DNA from: the human T2T-CHM13v2.0 reference genome, Homo sapiens | Assembly (NCBI RefSeq): GCF_009914755.1 | Contig: NC_060937.1 | Strand: one strand, 5' to 3' | Length of the DNA stretch: 64,000 bases | Shown: positions 17,660 to 33,400 of the stretch, piece by piece | How positions within the stretch are numbered: the stretch's first letter is position 1 | Layout of the letters: every line of letters starts with the position of its first letter | Notes under the pieces: generated by a model | Databases searched by the model: none | What the model was told of the DNA's origin: nothing | Seen by the model: the letters and a program-made list of their open reading frames with translations, nothing else | Made by a program: the position numbers and the translations under genes

Positions 17660-18384
17660 ATTTAGCATGTAGGCCATCCCATGTAACTTAGCAAAGCTAG
17701 CAAGTCCCTAAACTCGGCGCAGCCACTGTAGGGGTGGCCTCCCAGTAGCATTGTTAACACCAATTGTAATTGGTAGACAATCACTTAGTTTCACATTTCA
17801 TTACCCGAGTTATACAAATGTGTAAAAAAAATACAGTTTTAATAAAGGGAGTAAAGGATAATATGAGTAATATTCACAATCTCTAGTTGGAAGAGGTAGT
17901 GTTTTCTCAGAAATGATGCATTCCTGGAGCAAGGTCATTTTATGTTTGGTTTGTTAAATATCTATTTCCATTTTGACAAACCACTGGAAAATCCCAGCTT
18001 CACAAGGACTCTCCATGAGAATGATCAAACAAAAGAACACCCATAACACAAAATCAAAACAAGGGTGGTCCAGGCGTCACATTAAAGACTCATTACCAAG
18101 TTTTCTTAGAAGAGATAAAGAACACAAAGTTACTTTTATGTGATGGAAAACAGAGAGAAAGAGTAAATGGAATAATAAATGTTGGGCAACAACAGTGAAA
18201 ACCAAGCTGTGGAAAAAAATGAATGGAAATGTTTTGTTTGGTATTGATTTCCTATCCTGATATCAGAAAGTATGGGAAAGAACAAAGCACATTTTTTTGA
18301 GACAAATAGAACATAAAACAAATGAATGTTAAAGACTATTTTACAGTGCTAACAAAACTATTTGTGACTTGTTTTTTCCATTTA

Positions 18385-18823
18385 AAAATACAATTTTGTA
18401 CAATTACATTTATATAAATTATTGAAATAAAATTGTAAAGACGGAGAACAGGCTATGGGGTTGCCAAGGGGAAGGGGTGGAGGAAAACGTGTCAGAGTGT
18501 CAGCAAAGATCACAAGTTGGAGCCGGGTGGTGATGCTACAGTTCTGTATCTTGACTGTGGAAGTGGTAGTTACAGAGATCTACACCACATAAAAATGCAC
18601 AGAACACACGCACACGCATACACACATACAAAAATGAATGCATACAAAACGGTTGCAATCTGAGTAAGCTTTCTGAATTGTACCTATGTCAGTTTCCAGG
18701 TTTTGATAATGCTCTATAGCTATGTGAGATGTCACCACTGGAATTAGTGAGTAGTACCTAAGACATCCCTGTACCTTTTGCAACTTCCTGTGAATCTATA
18801 ATTATTTCAAAAGAAACTTGAAA
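18385..18823 (+). mobile_element. 3' end of an ancient mammalian L1 (L1MC/L1MD-like)
   Basis: GGAGAACAGG...GTTGCCAAGGG, GTTCTGTATCTTGACTGTGG, a (CA)n patch and TTTTGCAACTTCCTGTGAATCTATAATTATTTCAAAA, typical of L1MC/MD 3'UTRs. Confidence 0.75.
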
Positions 18824-19214
18824 GTCATAGCAGACTTTCACTTCAAAGAGGAAAAAAACTGAAGATTAATGAAATTGTTGAAGAACATCAAATACTCAAT
18901 AGTCTGTATGAGAGCTGTATTCTGTCCACTCACAGCACAGCTGTCATTTAGCCTTTTCCTGACGTGCCCTGGAGGACTTGAGCTCCTCTTGCATTGCCAA
19001 GGCCAATAGTGTTTATTTGTTACTAACTTTGTACTGAACCCCCCAAAAATGAAAAGTGATTGAATAATCATTTATAATAGCAACTAGTAATTTTACTTAT
19101 AAAGAGACAATAGTGGTAACGAATTTAAATATTTATGGTAAAGAATAGATCTTTGTTAGACAGTACTGGCAAAATTTAGAAAGAAAAAATAAGGAATCAG
19201 AAACATAAGTAGTT

Positions 19215-19441
19215 CAGTATTGTGAAAAAATTCTGGATCTGAGATGCAAAAGAACAGAGATTATATTGCGTTTCTACTCCAAACCTGAAGAGTCACCTTA
19301 AGTGTGTTGTGTTTCTGTGCCAAAGCTGCTGAATCACCTTAGGCAATGCATGCCCTTTCCCTGAACCTGTTTTCTTTTCTACAAAATAAAGTGAGCTAGA
19401 TCATCTCTGAGGTCTCCCAAATATTCACATTTTTGGCTCTA
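19215..19441 (+). mobile_element. Degenerate MIR/MIR3 SINE fragment
   Basis: ACCTTAGGCAA...CCCTGAACCTGTTTTCTTTTCTACAAAATAAAG...GCTAGATCATCTCTGAGGTC resembles the MIR core and MIR3 3' end. Confidence 0.6.
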
Positions 19442-19543
19442 CATGAACTTCAGTTGAATTCCTAATTTCAGTGTGGATAATACATGTGTGCTGCACCACA
19501 AGCAGTGTGTCTAAATGCTCATGTTGGTCCTAAAAACTAATTA

Positions 19544-21076
19544 TGAGCAGTTTGGAAATTCCGTTGTTGTAGAATCTGCAAAGGGATATTTGTGAGTGCT
19601 TTGAGGCCATGGTGAAAAAGGAAATACCTTCACATAAAAACTATAAAGAAGGTTTCTGAGAAACTGCTCTGTGATGTGTGCATTCATCTCACTGAGTTAA
19701 ACGTTTCATTCCTTTGATCAGTCTGGAAACTCTGTTCTTGTACAATCTGCAAAATGGTATTTGTGAGTGCTTTGAGGCCTATGGTGAAAAAGGAAATATC
19801 TTCACATAAAAACTAGACAGACGCTTTCTGAGAAACTACTTTGTGACATGTGCATTCATCTCACAGAGTTAAACCATTCTTTTGATTGAAATGCTTGGAA
19901 ATGGTGTTTTTGTAGAATCTGCAGAGGGATATTTGTGAGAGCTTTGAGGCCTATGGTGAAAAAGGAAATATCTTCACATAAAAATTAGAAAGAAGGTTTA
20001 TGAGAATCTGCTTTGTGATGTGTGCATTCATCTCACAGAGGTAAATGTTTATTTTCATTGAGCAAATGAGAAACTCTTTTCTTGTAGAATCTGCAAAGGG
20101 ATATTTGTGAGCAGTTTGAGGCCTATGGTGAAAAAGGAAATATCATCACATAAAAACTTGACAGAAGTTTCTGAGAAACTTCCTGGTTATGTATGCATTC
20201 ATCTCACAGAGTTAAACTATTCTTTTGATTGAGCAGTTTGGAAACAGTATTTTTGTAGAATCGACAAAGGGATATTTGTGAGTGCTTGGAGGCCAATGGT
20301 GAAAAAGAAAATATCTTCACATAAAAACTAGACAGAAGCTTTCTGAGAAACTTTTTTTGTGATGTGTGCACTCATCTCACAGAGTTGAACCATTCTTTTG
20401 ATTGAGCAGTTTGGTAACAATCTTTTTGTAAAATCTGCAAAAGGATATTTCTGAGCACTTTGAAGCCTATGGTGAAAAAGGAAATATCTTCACATAAAAA
20501 CTAGAAAGAAGGTTTCTGAGAAACTGCTTTGTGATGTGTGAATTCATCTCACAGAGTTAAACCTTTCTATTGATAGAGCATATTGGAAACAGTCTTTTTG
20601 TAGAATCTGCAAAGGGATATTTGTGAATGCTTTGAGGCCTGTGGTGAAAAATTAATATCTTCACTTGGGACAGAAGCTTTCTGAGACACTTCTGTGTGAT
20701 GTGTGCACTCATCTCACACTGTTGAAACATTCTTTTGATTGAGCAGTCTGGAAACAGTCTTTTTGTAGGATCAGCAAAGGAATATTTGTGAGCACTTTGA
20801 GGCCTATGGGGAAAAAGGAAATAACTTCACATAAAAACTAGACAGAAGGTTTCTGAGAAACTGCTTTGTAATGTGTGCATTCATCTCACAGAGGTAAAGG
20901 TTTCTTTTCATTGAGCAGATGGGAAACTCCTTGTAGAGTCTGCAAAGGGATATTTGTGAGTGCTTTGAGGCCTATGGTGAAAAAGGAAATATTTTCATAT
21001 AAAATGTAGACAGAAGCTTTCTGAGAGATTTATTTGTGATGTGTGCATTCATCTCATAGAGTTGAACCATTCTTCT
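19544..21076 (+). repeat. Alpha satellite, divergent monomeric (older GCAAAGGGATATTTGTGAG-type layer)
   Basis: ~171-bp tandem units with TTCTGAGAAACT...GTGATGTGTGCATTCATCTCACAGAG and an A-type box CCTATGGTGAAAAAGGAAATATC. Confidence 0.97.
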
Positions 21077-22248
21077 TTTTTTTTTTTTGGAGCTCTGGGT
21101 TTATTTATTTATTTATTTACTTTTATTATTATTATAATTTAAGTTTTAGGGTACATATGTACAATGTGCAGGTTTGTTACATAGGTATACATATGTCATG
21201 TTTGTGTGCTGCACCCATGAACTCATCATTTAGCATTAGGTATATCTCCTAATGCTATCCCTCCCCCTCCCCCCACCCGAATACAGTCCCTGATGTGTGG
21301 TGTGTGGTGTTTTGCTTCCTGTGTCCATGTGTTGTCATTGATCAATTCCCAACTATGAGTGAGAACATGCGGTGTTTGATTTTTTGTCCTTCCAATAGTT
21401 CACTGAGAATGATGGTTTCCAGCTTCATCCATGTCCCTACAAAGGACATGAACTCATTATTTTTATGGCTGCATAGTATTCCATGGTGTATATGTGCCAC
21501 ATTTTCTTCATACAGTCTATCGTTGTTGGACATTTAGGTCAGTTCCAAGTCTTTGCTGTTGTGAATAGTGCTGCTATAAACATACGTGTGCATGTGTCTT
21601 TAAAGCAGCATGATTTATAATCCTTTGGGTATATACCCAGTAATGGGATGGCTGGGTCAAGTGATATTTCTAGTTCTAGATCCCTGAGGAATCACCACAC
21701 TGACTTCCACAATTGTTGAACTAGTTTACAGTCCCACCAACAGTGCAAAATGTTCCTATTTCTCACATCCTCTCCAGCACCTGTTGTTTCCTAACTTTTT
21801 AATTATCACCATACTAACTGGTGTGAGATGATATCTCATTGTGGTTTTGGTTTGCATTTCTCTGATAGCCAATGATGATGAGCATTTTTTCATTTGTTCA
21901 TTAGCTGCATAAATGTCTTCTTTTGATAAGTGTTTGTTCATATCCTTCAACAACTTTTTGATGGGGTTGTTTGACTTTTTTCCTGTAAATTTGTCTGAGT
22001 TCATTGTAGATTCTGGATATTAACCCTTTGTCAGATGAGTAGGTTGCAAAAACTTTCTCCCATTCTGTAGGATGCCTGTTCACTCTGATGGTGGTTTCTT
22101 TTGCTGTGCAGAAGCTCCTTAGTTTAATTAGATCCCATTTGTCAATTGTGGCTTTGTTGCCATTGCTTTAGGTGTTTTAGACATGAAGTCCTTGCCCATG
22201 CCTATGTCCTGAATGGTATTGCCTAGGTTTTCTTCTAGGGATTTTATG
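21077..22248 (-). mobile_element. 5'-truncated L1 (L1PA4/5-like), ~1.17 kb, with TSD
   Basis: Poly-T, L1 3'UTR and ORF2 C-terminal peptides ([14 protein letters not shown]). 3'UTR variant GGTTTCCAGCTTCATCC. TSD TGAA(C/G)CATTCTTCT at 21063-21076 and 22249-22262. Confidence 0.93.
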
Positions 22249-25200
22249 TGAAGCATTCTTCTGATTAATCAGTTTGGATACTCTGTTCTTGTAGAATATG
22301 CAAGGAGATATTTGTGAGCGCTTTGAGGCCTTTGGTGAAAAAGGAAATACCTTCACATAATAAATAGACAGAAGTTCTCTGAGAAACCTCCTTGTCATGT
22401 GTGCATTCATCTCACAGAGTTGAAACAGTCTTTTTGCTGAGCTGTTTGAAAACTGTCTATTTGTAGATTCTGCAAAGGGATATTTATGAGCGCTTTGAGG
22501 CCTATGGTGAGAAAGGAAATATCTTCACATAAAAACTAGACAGAAGATTTCTGAGAAACCTCTTTGTGATGTGTGCATTTATCTCACAGAGTTGAACCAT
22601 TCTTTTGATTGAGCAGTTTGTAAACAGACTTTTTGTAGAATCCGCAAAGGGATATTTGTCAGCTCTATGAGGCCTATGGTGAAAAATGAAATATCTTCAA
22701 TAAAAACTATAAAGAATTTTTCTGAGAAGCTGTTCTGTAAGATGTGCACTCATCTCAGAGAGATAAAAGTTTCTATTCTTTGATGAGCCTGGAAACTCTG
22801 TTCTTATAAAATCTGCAAAGGGATATTTGTGAGTGGCTTTAGGCCTACGGTGAAAAAGGAAATATCTTCACATAAAAACTAGACAGAAGACTTCAGAGAA
22901 ACTTCTTTGTGATATGTGCATTCATCTCACAGAGTTGAACCATTCTTTTGATTGAGAAGTTTGGAAACAGTCTTTTCAGAGAATCTGCAAAGGGATATTT
23001 TGAGTGCTTTGATAGGTATGGTGAAAAGGGAAATACCTTCAAATAAAAAGAGGACAGAAGCTTTCTGAGAAACTTCTTTGTGATGTGTGCATTCATCTCA
23101 AATAGTTGAAACTTCCTTTTGATTAAGCAGTTTGGAAAGAGTCCTTTTCTAGAATCTGCAGAGGGATATTTGTGAGCCCTTTATGGCCTAAGGTGAAATA
23201 GGAAATATCTTCACATAAAAACTAGACAGAAGCATTCTGAGAAACTTCTTTGTGAAGTGTGCTTTCCTATCACAGAGTTATACCTCTCTTTTGATTGAGG
23301 AGTTTGGAAACAGTCTTTTTGTAGAATATGCAAATGGATATTTGGAGCACTTTGGGGCCTATGGTGAAAAAGGAAATATCTTCACATAAAAACTAGACAG
23401 AAACATTCTGAGAAACTTCTTTGCGATGTATGCATTCATATCACAGAGTTGAACCTTTCTTCTGATTGAGGAGTTTCAAAAGAGTCCTTTTGTAGAATCT
23501 GCAAAGGGATATTTGTGAGCCCATTGAGGCCTATGGTGAATTAGGAAATAGCTTCACATAAAAACTAGTCAGAAGTTTTCTGAGAAACTTCTTTGTGATG
23601 TGTACTTTCATCTCGCAGAGTTGAACCTTTCTTTTGATTGAGCAGTTTGGAAACACACTTTTTGTAGAATCTGCAAATGGATATTTGGAGTGATTTGAGG
23701 CCTATGGTGAAAAAGGAAATATCTTCACATAAAAACTAGACAGAAGAATTCTGAGAAACTTCTTTGTGATGAGTCCATTCATCTCACAGAGTTGAAACAT
23801 TCTTTGATGGACCAGTTTGGAAACAGTCTTTTTATAGTATCTGCAGAGGGATATTTTTGAGCGGTTTAAAGACTATGGTGAAAAAGGAAATATCTTCACA
23901 TAATAACTAGACAGAAGCATTCTGAGAAACTTCTTTGTGATGTGTGCATTCATCTTACAATGTTGAACGTTTCTTTTGATTGAGCAGTTTGGAAACAGAA
24001 CTTTTGTAGAATCTGCAAAGGGATATTTGTGAGGCCATTGATTCCTATGGTGAAATAGGAATTATCTTGAGATAAAAACTAGGCAGAAGATTTCTGAGAA
24101 ACTTCTTTGTGATGTGTGCTTTCATCTCACAGAGTTGAAAATGTCTTTTGATTGAGCAGTTTGGAAACAGTCTTTTTGTATAATCTGCAAATGGATATTT
24201 GGAGCACTTTGTGGCCTAAGGTGAAAATGGAAATATCTTCACATAAAAACTAGATAGAAGAATTCTGAGAAACTTCTTTGTGATGTGTGCATTCATCTCA
24301 GAGAGGTGAACTTTTCTTTTGATGGAGCAGTTTGGAAACAGTATTTTTTTAGTATCTGCAGAAGGATATTTGTGAGCAGTTTAAGGCCTATGGTGAAAAA
24401 GGAAATATCTTCACATAAAAACTAGACAGAAGCTTTCTGAGAAACTTCTTTCTGATGTGTGCATTCATCTCACAGTGTTGAAACTTTATTTTGTTTGAGA
24501 AGTTTAGAAACAGTCTTTTTCTGCAATCTGCAAAGGTATATTTCTGAGCCATTTGAGGTCTATGGTGAAAAAGAAATATCTTCACATTTAAACTAGACAG
24601 AATAATTCTGAGGAACTTCTTTGTGATGTCTCCATTCATTTGACAGAGTTGAATGTTTCTTTTAATTCAGAAGTTCAGCAACCATATTTTTGTAGAATCT
24701 GCAAAGATATATTTGTGAGACATTTGAAGCCTATAGTGAAATAGTAAGTATCTTCACATAAAAACTAGACAAAAGAATTCTGAGAAACTTCATTCTAATG
24801 TGTGCATTCACCTCACAGAATTTAACCTTTCTTTTGATTGAGCAGTATGGAAATGGTCCTCTTTTAGAATCTGCAAAGGGATATTTCTTAGCCCTTTTAG
24901 CCCTATGGTGAAACTGGAAATATCTTCACATGAAAACCAGACTGAAGCTTTCTGAGAAACTTCTTTGAGATGTGTGCTTTCATCTCACAGAGTTAAACCT
25001 TTCTTTTGATTCAGCAGTTTGGAAACACTCTTTTTGTGAACTCTGTAAATGGATATTAAGGGTGCCTTGAGGCCATTGGTGACAAAGGAAATATCTTCAC
25101 ATAAAAACCAAACAGAAGTTTTCTGAGAAACTACTCTTTTATGTGTCCATTAATCTAACAGAGTTGAAACTTTCTTTTTATTGAGCAGTTTGGATACGGT

Positions 25201-26890
25201 CTTTTTGTAGAATCTGCAAAAAATATTTGTGAGCCCTTTATTGCCTATGGTGAAGTAGGAATTTTCTTCACATACAAACTAGACAGAAGCATTCTGAGAA
25301 ACTTCTTTGTGATGTGTGCATTAATCTCACAGAGTTGAAACTTTCTTTGGATTGAGCAGTTTGGAAACAGTCTTTTTGTAGAATCTGCAAAGGGATATTT
25401 CTGAGTCCATTGAGTACTATGGTGAAATGTGAAATATCTTCACATAAAAACTAGACAGAAGCTTTCTAAGAAACTTGTTTGTGATGTGTGCTTTCATCTC
25501 ACAGAATTGAAACTTTCTTTTGATTGAGGAGTATGGAAACACTCTTTTTCTAGAATCTGCAAATGGATATTTGGAACACTTTGACGTCCATTGTGAAAAA
25601 CGAAATATCTTCACATAAAAACTAAACAGAAGCTTTCTGAGAAACTTCCTTGTGATGTGTGCATTCATCTCACAGAGTTGAACCTTTCTTTTGATTGAGC
25701 AGGTTGGAAAGAGGCTTATTGTACAATCTGCAAAGGGATAATTCTGATCCGTTTGAGGCCTATGGTGAAAGAGAAATATCTTCACATAAAAACTAGACAG
25801 AGTCAGTCCGAGAAATTTCTTTGTGATGTGTCCATTCATCTCACAGAGTTGAAACTTTCTTTTGATTAAACAGTTTGGAAACTGTCTTTTTGTAGAACCT
25901 TCAAAGGGATATTTGTGAGCCCTTTATGGCGTCAGGTGAAATAGGAAATATCTTCACATACAAACTAGAGAGAAGCTATCTGAGTAACTTTTTTGTGATG
26001 TGTGCTTTCATCTCAGAGAGCTAAAAATTTGTTTTGATTGATCAGTTGGGAAACGTCTTTTTGTAGAATCTGCAAACGGATATTTGGATTGCTTTGAGGC
26101 CTATGTTGAGAAAGGAAATATCTTCACATAAAAACAAGACAGAAGATTTCTGAGAAACTTCTTGTTATGTGTGCACTCATCTCACATGTTTGAACCTTTC
26201 TTTTGATTGAGCAGTTTGGAAACAGTCTTTTTGTACAATCTACAAAGGGATATTTCTGAACGGTTTGATGCCTATGGTGAAAAAGAAATATCTTCACATA
26301 AAAACTAGACCGAAGCATTATGAGAAAGTAATTTATTATGTGTGCATTCATCTCACAGAGCTGAACCTTTCTTTTCATGGAGCAGTTCGAAAACTGTGTT
26401 TTTGTAGAGTCTGCAAAGGGATATTTGTGAGACCTTTGAGGCCTATGGTGATATAGGAAATATCTTCAGAAAAAAAATAGACAGAAGCATTATGAGAAAC
26501 TTCTCTGTGATGTGTGCTTTCTTCTCACAGAGTTGAATCTTTCTTTTAATTGAACAGTTTGGAAACTCTTTTTTTGTAGATTCTGCAAAAGGATATTTGG
26601 AGCACTTTGAGGCCTATGGTGAAAAAGGAAATATCTTCACTTAAAAACTAAACAGAAGCTTTCTGAAAAACTTCTTTGTGATGTGCATATTCATGTCACA
26701 GTGTTGAACCCTTGTTTTCATTGAGCAGTTTGAAAACCATCTTTTTGTACCATCTGCAAAGGGATATTTCTGAGCACTTTGAGGCCTAAGGTGAAAAACA
26801 AATATCTTAACATAAAAAGTAGACAGAGGCATTCTGAGAAACTTCTTTATCATGTATGCATTCTTCTCCCGGAGTTAAACCATTCTTTTC
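22249..26890 (+). repeat. Alpha satellite, divergent monomeric
   Basis: ~171-bp units continuing in register after the L1 TSD. Confidence 0.97.
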
Positions 26891-27377
26891 TTTTTTTACT
26901 ATTATTATACTTTAAGTTTAGGGTACAAGTACACAATGTGCAGGTTACTTACAAATGAATACATGTGCCATGCTGGTGCGCTGCACCCACTAACTCGTCA
27001 TCTAACATTAGGTGTATCTCCCAATGTTATCCCTCCTCCCTCCCCTCACCCCACAACAGTCCCCAGAGTGTGATGTTCCCCTTCCTGTGTCCATGTGTTT
27101 TCATTGTTAAATTCCCACCTATGAGTGAGAACATGTGGTGTTTGGTTTTCTGTCCTTGTGATAGTTTACTGAGAATGATGATTTCCAATGTCATCCATGT
27201 CCCCACAAAGGACATGAACTCATCATTTTTTATGGCTGCATTGTATTCCATGGTTTATATGTGCCACATTTTCTTAATCCAGTCTATCATTGTTGGACAT
27301 TGGGTTGCTTCCAAGTCTTTGCTATTGTGAATAGTGCCACAATAAAAATACGTGTGCATGTGTCTTTATAGCAGCAT
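26891..27377 (-). mobile_element. L1PA3-like 3' segment (poly(A), 3'UTR, ORF2 C-terminus) of a 5'-inverted L1
   Basis: Poly-T then TATTATACTTTAAGTT...CATGCTGGTGCGCTGCACCCACTAACTCGTCATC; peptide [22 protein letters not shown]. Confidence 0.92.
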
Positions 27378-30490
<3,113 letters not shown>

Positions 30491-33400
30491 AACAGTTCAA
30501 TGGGAAGAAACTACTTGTGTGTGATGAATGCACACGTCACAAAGGAGTTAGTCAGAAAACTTCTTTCTACTTTTAATGTGAAGATATTTCCTTTTTCACC
30601 ATATGCCTCAATGTGTTCCCAGGTATCCCTTTGCAGATTCTACAAAAAGACTGTTTCTAAACTGCTCAATAAACAGAATGGTTCAACCCTGTGAGACGAA
30701 TGTGCACATCACAAAGAAGTTTCTCAGAAAACTTCCTTCCCGTTTTTATGTGAAGAGATTTCCTTTTTGAATATAGGCCTCAAAGCACTCCCAAATATAC
30801 CTCTGCAGAATCTACAAAAAGACTGTTTCCAAAGTGCTCAATCAAAAGAAAGTTTCAACTCTGTTAGATGAATGCACACATCAGAAAGTAGTTTCTCAGC
30901 AAGCTTCTCACTAGTTTTTAGGTGAAGATAGTTCCTTTTTCAACGTGGTTCTCAAAGCACTCAAAAATATCCCTTTGCAGACTCTAGAATAACAGAGTTT
31001 ATGAACTGCTCAATGAAAAGAAAGATTTACCTCTGTGAGATGAATACACATATCTTAAAGCAGCTTCTCAGAATGCTTCTTTCTAGTTTTTATGTGAAGA
31101 TATTTCCTTTTTCACCATAGGCCTCAACACACACCTAAATATCCCTCTGCAGATTGTACAAAAAGACTTTCCAAACTGCTCAATCAAAACAAATGTTAAA
31201 CTCTATGAGATAAATGCACACATCACAAAAAGTTTCTCAGAAAACTTTTGTCTAGTTTTTATGTGATGATATTTCCTTATTCACCATAGGCCTGAAAGCG
31301 CTACAAATATCCTTCTGCAGATTCTACAAAAAGACTGTTTGCAAACTGCTCAATCCAAAAAATGATTCAACTCTGTGAGATGAATGCACACATCAAAAAG
31401 AAGTTTCTCAGAAACATTCTTTATGGTTTTTCTGTGAAGGTATTTCCTTTTTCACCATAGGCCTCAAAGCCCTCACAAATATCCCTTTGCAGATTCTACA
31501 AAAAGACTGTTTCCAAACCGCTCAATAAAAAGAATTATTGAACACTGTGAGATGAATGCACACAGATCAAAGAGGTTTCTCAGAGTCCTTCAGTCTGGTT
31601 TTTATGTGAATATATTTCCTTTTACAACATAGGCCTCAAAGCGCTCCAAATGTCCATTTGCAGACTCTACAAAAAGACTGTTTCCAAACGGCTCAATCAA
31701 AACAAAGTTTCAACTCTGTGTGATTAATGCACACATCATGAAGAAGTTTCTCAGAATGCTTCTGTCTAGTTTTTATGTGAAGATACTTGCTTTTTCACCA
31801 TAGGCCTCAAAGTGCTCACAAATATCCCTTTAGAGATTCTACAAAAATACTTTTTCCAAATTGCTCAATCAAAAGAAAGGTTCAATCCTGTGAGATGTAT
31901 GCACACCACAAAGAGGTTTCTCAGAAAGCTTCTCTCTAGTTTTTACATGAAGATATTTCCTTTTTCACCATAGGCCTCCAAGTGTTCACAAATATCCCTT
32001 TGCAGATTCTACAAAAAGACTCTTTACACATTACTCAATCAAAAGAATGTTTCATCTCTGTGAGGTGAATGCTCACATCACCAGGATGTTTCTCAGAAAG
32101 CTTCTGTGTAGTTTTTATGTGAAGATATTTCCTTTTTCACCATACGCCTCAAAGGGCTCACAAATATCCCTTTGCAGTTTTTAGAAGAAAAGAGTTTCCA
32201 ATCTTCTCAATGAAAAGAAAGAGACACATCTTGGAGATGAATGCACATATCACAAAGCAGTTTCTGAGAAACATTCTGTCTAGTTTTTATGTGAAGGTAT
32301 CTCCTTTTTCACCACAGGATGCAAAGCACTCAAAATTGTTGCTTTGCAGATTCTACAAAAAGTTTGTTTCCACAGTGCTCATCAAAAGAAAGGTTCACCT
32401 CTGTGAGATGAATGCACGTGTCAAAAAGAAGTTTCTCAGAAAGCTTCTATTAAGTTTTCATGTGAATGTTTCCTTTTTCACCATGAGCCTCAAAGTGCTC
32501 ACAAATATCCAGTTGAGGAATATTTATAAAGACTATTTCCAAACCGCTCAACCAAAAGAAAGGTTGAACTGTGTGAGATGAATGCACACATCACAAAGGA
32601 GTTTCTCAGAAACCTTCTTTATAGTTTTTCTGTGAAGATATTTCCTTTTTCATCATAGGCCTCAAAGCCCTCACAAATATCTCTTTGCAGATTCTACAAA
32701 AACACTGTTTCCAAACCACTCAATAAAAAGAATTATTGAACTTTTTGAGATGAATGCACACATCTCAAAGAAGTTTCTCAGAAACCTTCAGTCTGGTTTT
32801 TATGTGAATATATTTCCTTTTTCACCATAAGCCTCAAAATGCTCCAAATATCCATTTGCAGGTTCTACAAAAAGACTGTTTCCAAACGGTTCAATGAAAA
32901 GAAAGTTTCAACTTTGTTAGATGAATGCATACATCACTGAGAAGTTTCGCAGGAGAATTCTGTCTAATTTTTATATGAAGACATTTCCTTTTTCACCACA
33001 GGCCTCCATCTGCTCACAAATATCTCTTAGCAGATTCTACAAGAACAGAATTTCCAGACTGATCAAAGAAAACAAACGTTTTTCTCTGTGAGATGAATGC
33101 ACACATCACAAAACTGTTTCTCAGAACCTTCTTTATACTTCTTATGTGATGATATTTCTTTTTTCTCCCTAGGACTCAAAGAGCTCAAAAATATCCCTTT
33201 GCAGATTCTACAAAAATATTGTTTCCAAACTGCACAATCAAAAAAATAGTTCAACTCCATGAGATGAATGCATACGTCACAAAGAAGTTTCTCAGAAACC
33301 TTCTTTATAGTTTTTATATGAAGATATTTCCTTTTTCACCATAGGCCTCAAAGTGCTCAGCAATATCCCTTTGCAGATTCTGCAAAAAGACTGCTTCCCA

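Noticed and set aside
11575-17677. Many overlapping G/P/R/A-rich ORFs on both strands
   Set aside because: They are by-products of GC-rich ETS, ITS and rRNA sequence with no recognisable protein motifs.
18840-19071. Possible exon or enhancer in the unique AT-rich segment (TGCCAA, TGTTTATTT, TACTAAC motifs; 77-aa ORF)
   Set aside because: Short motifs like these are expected by chance, and I see no recognisable protein or clear splice structure. Conservation data would be needed.
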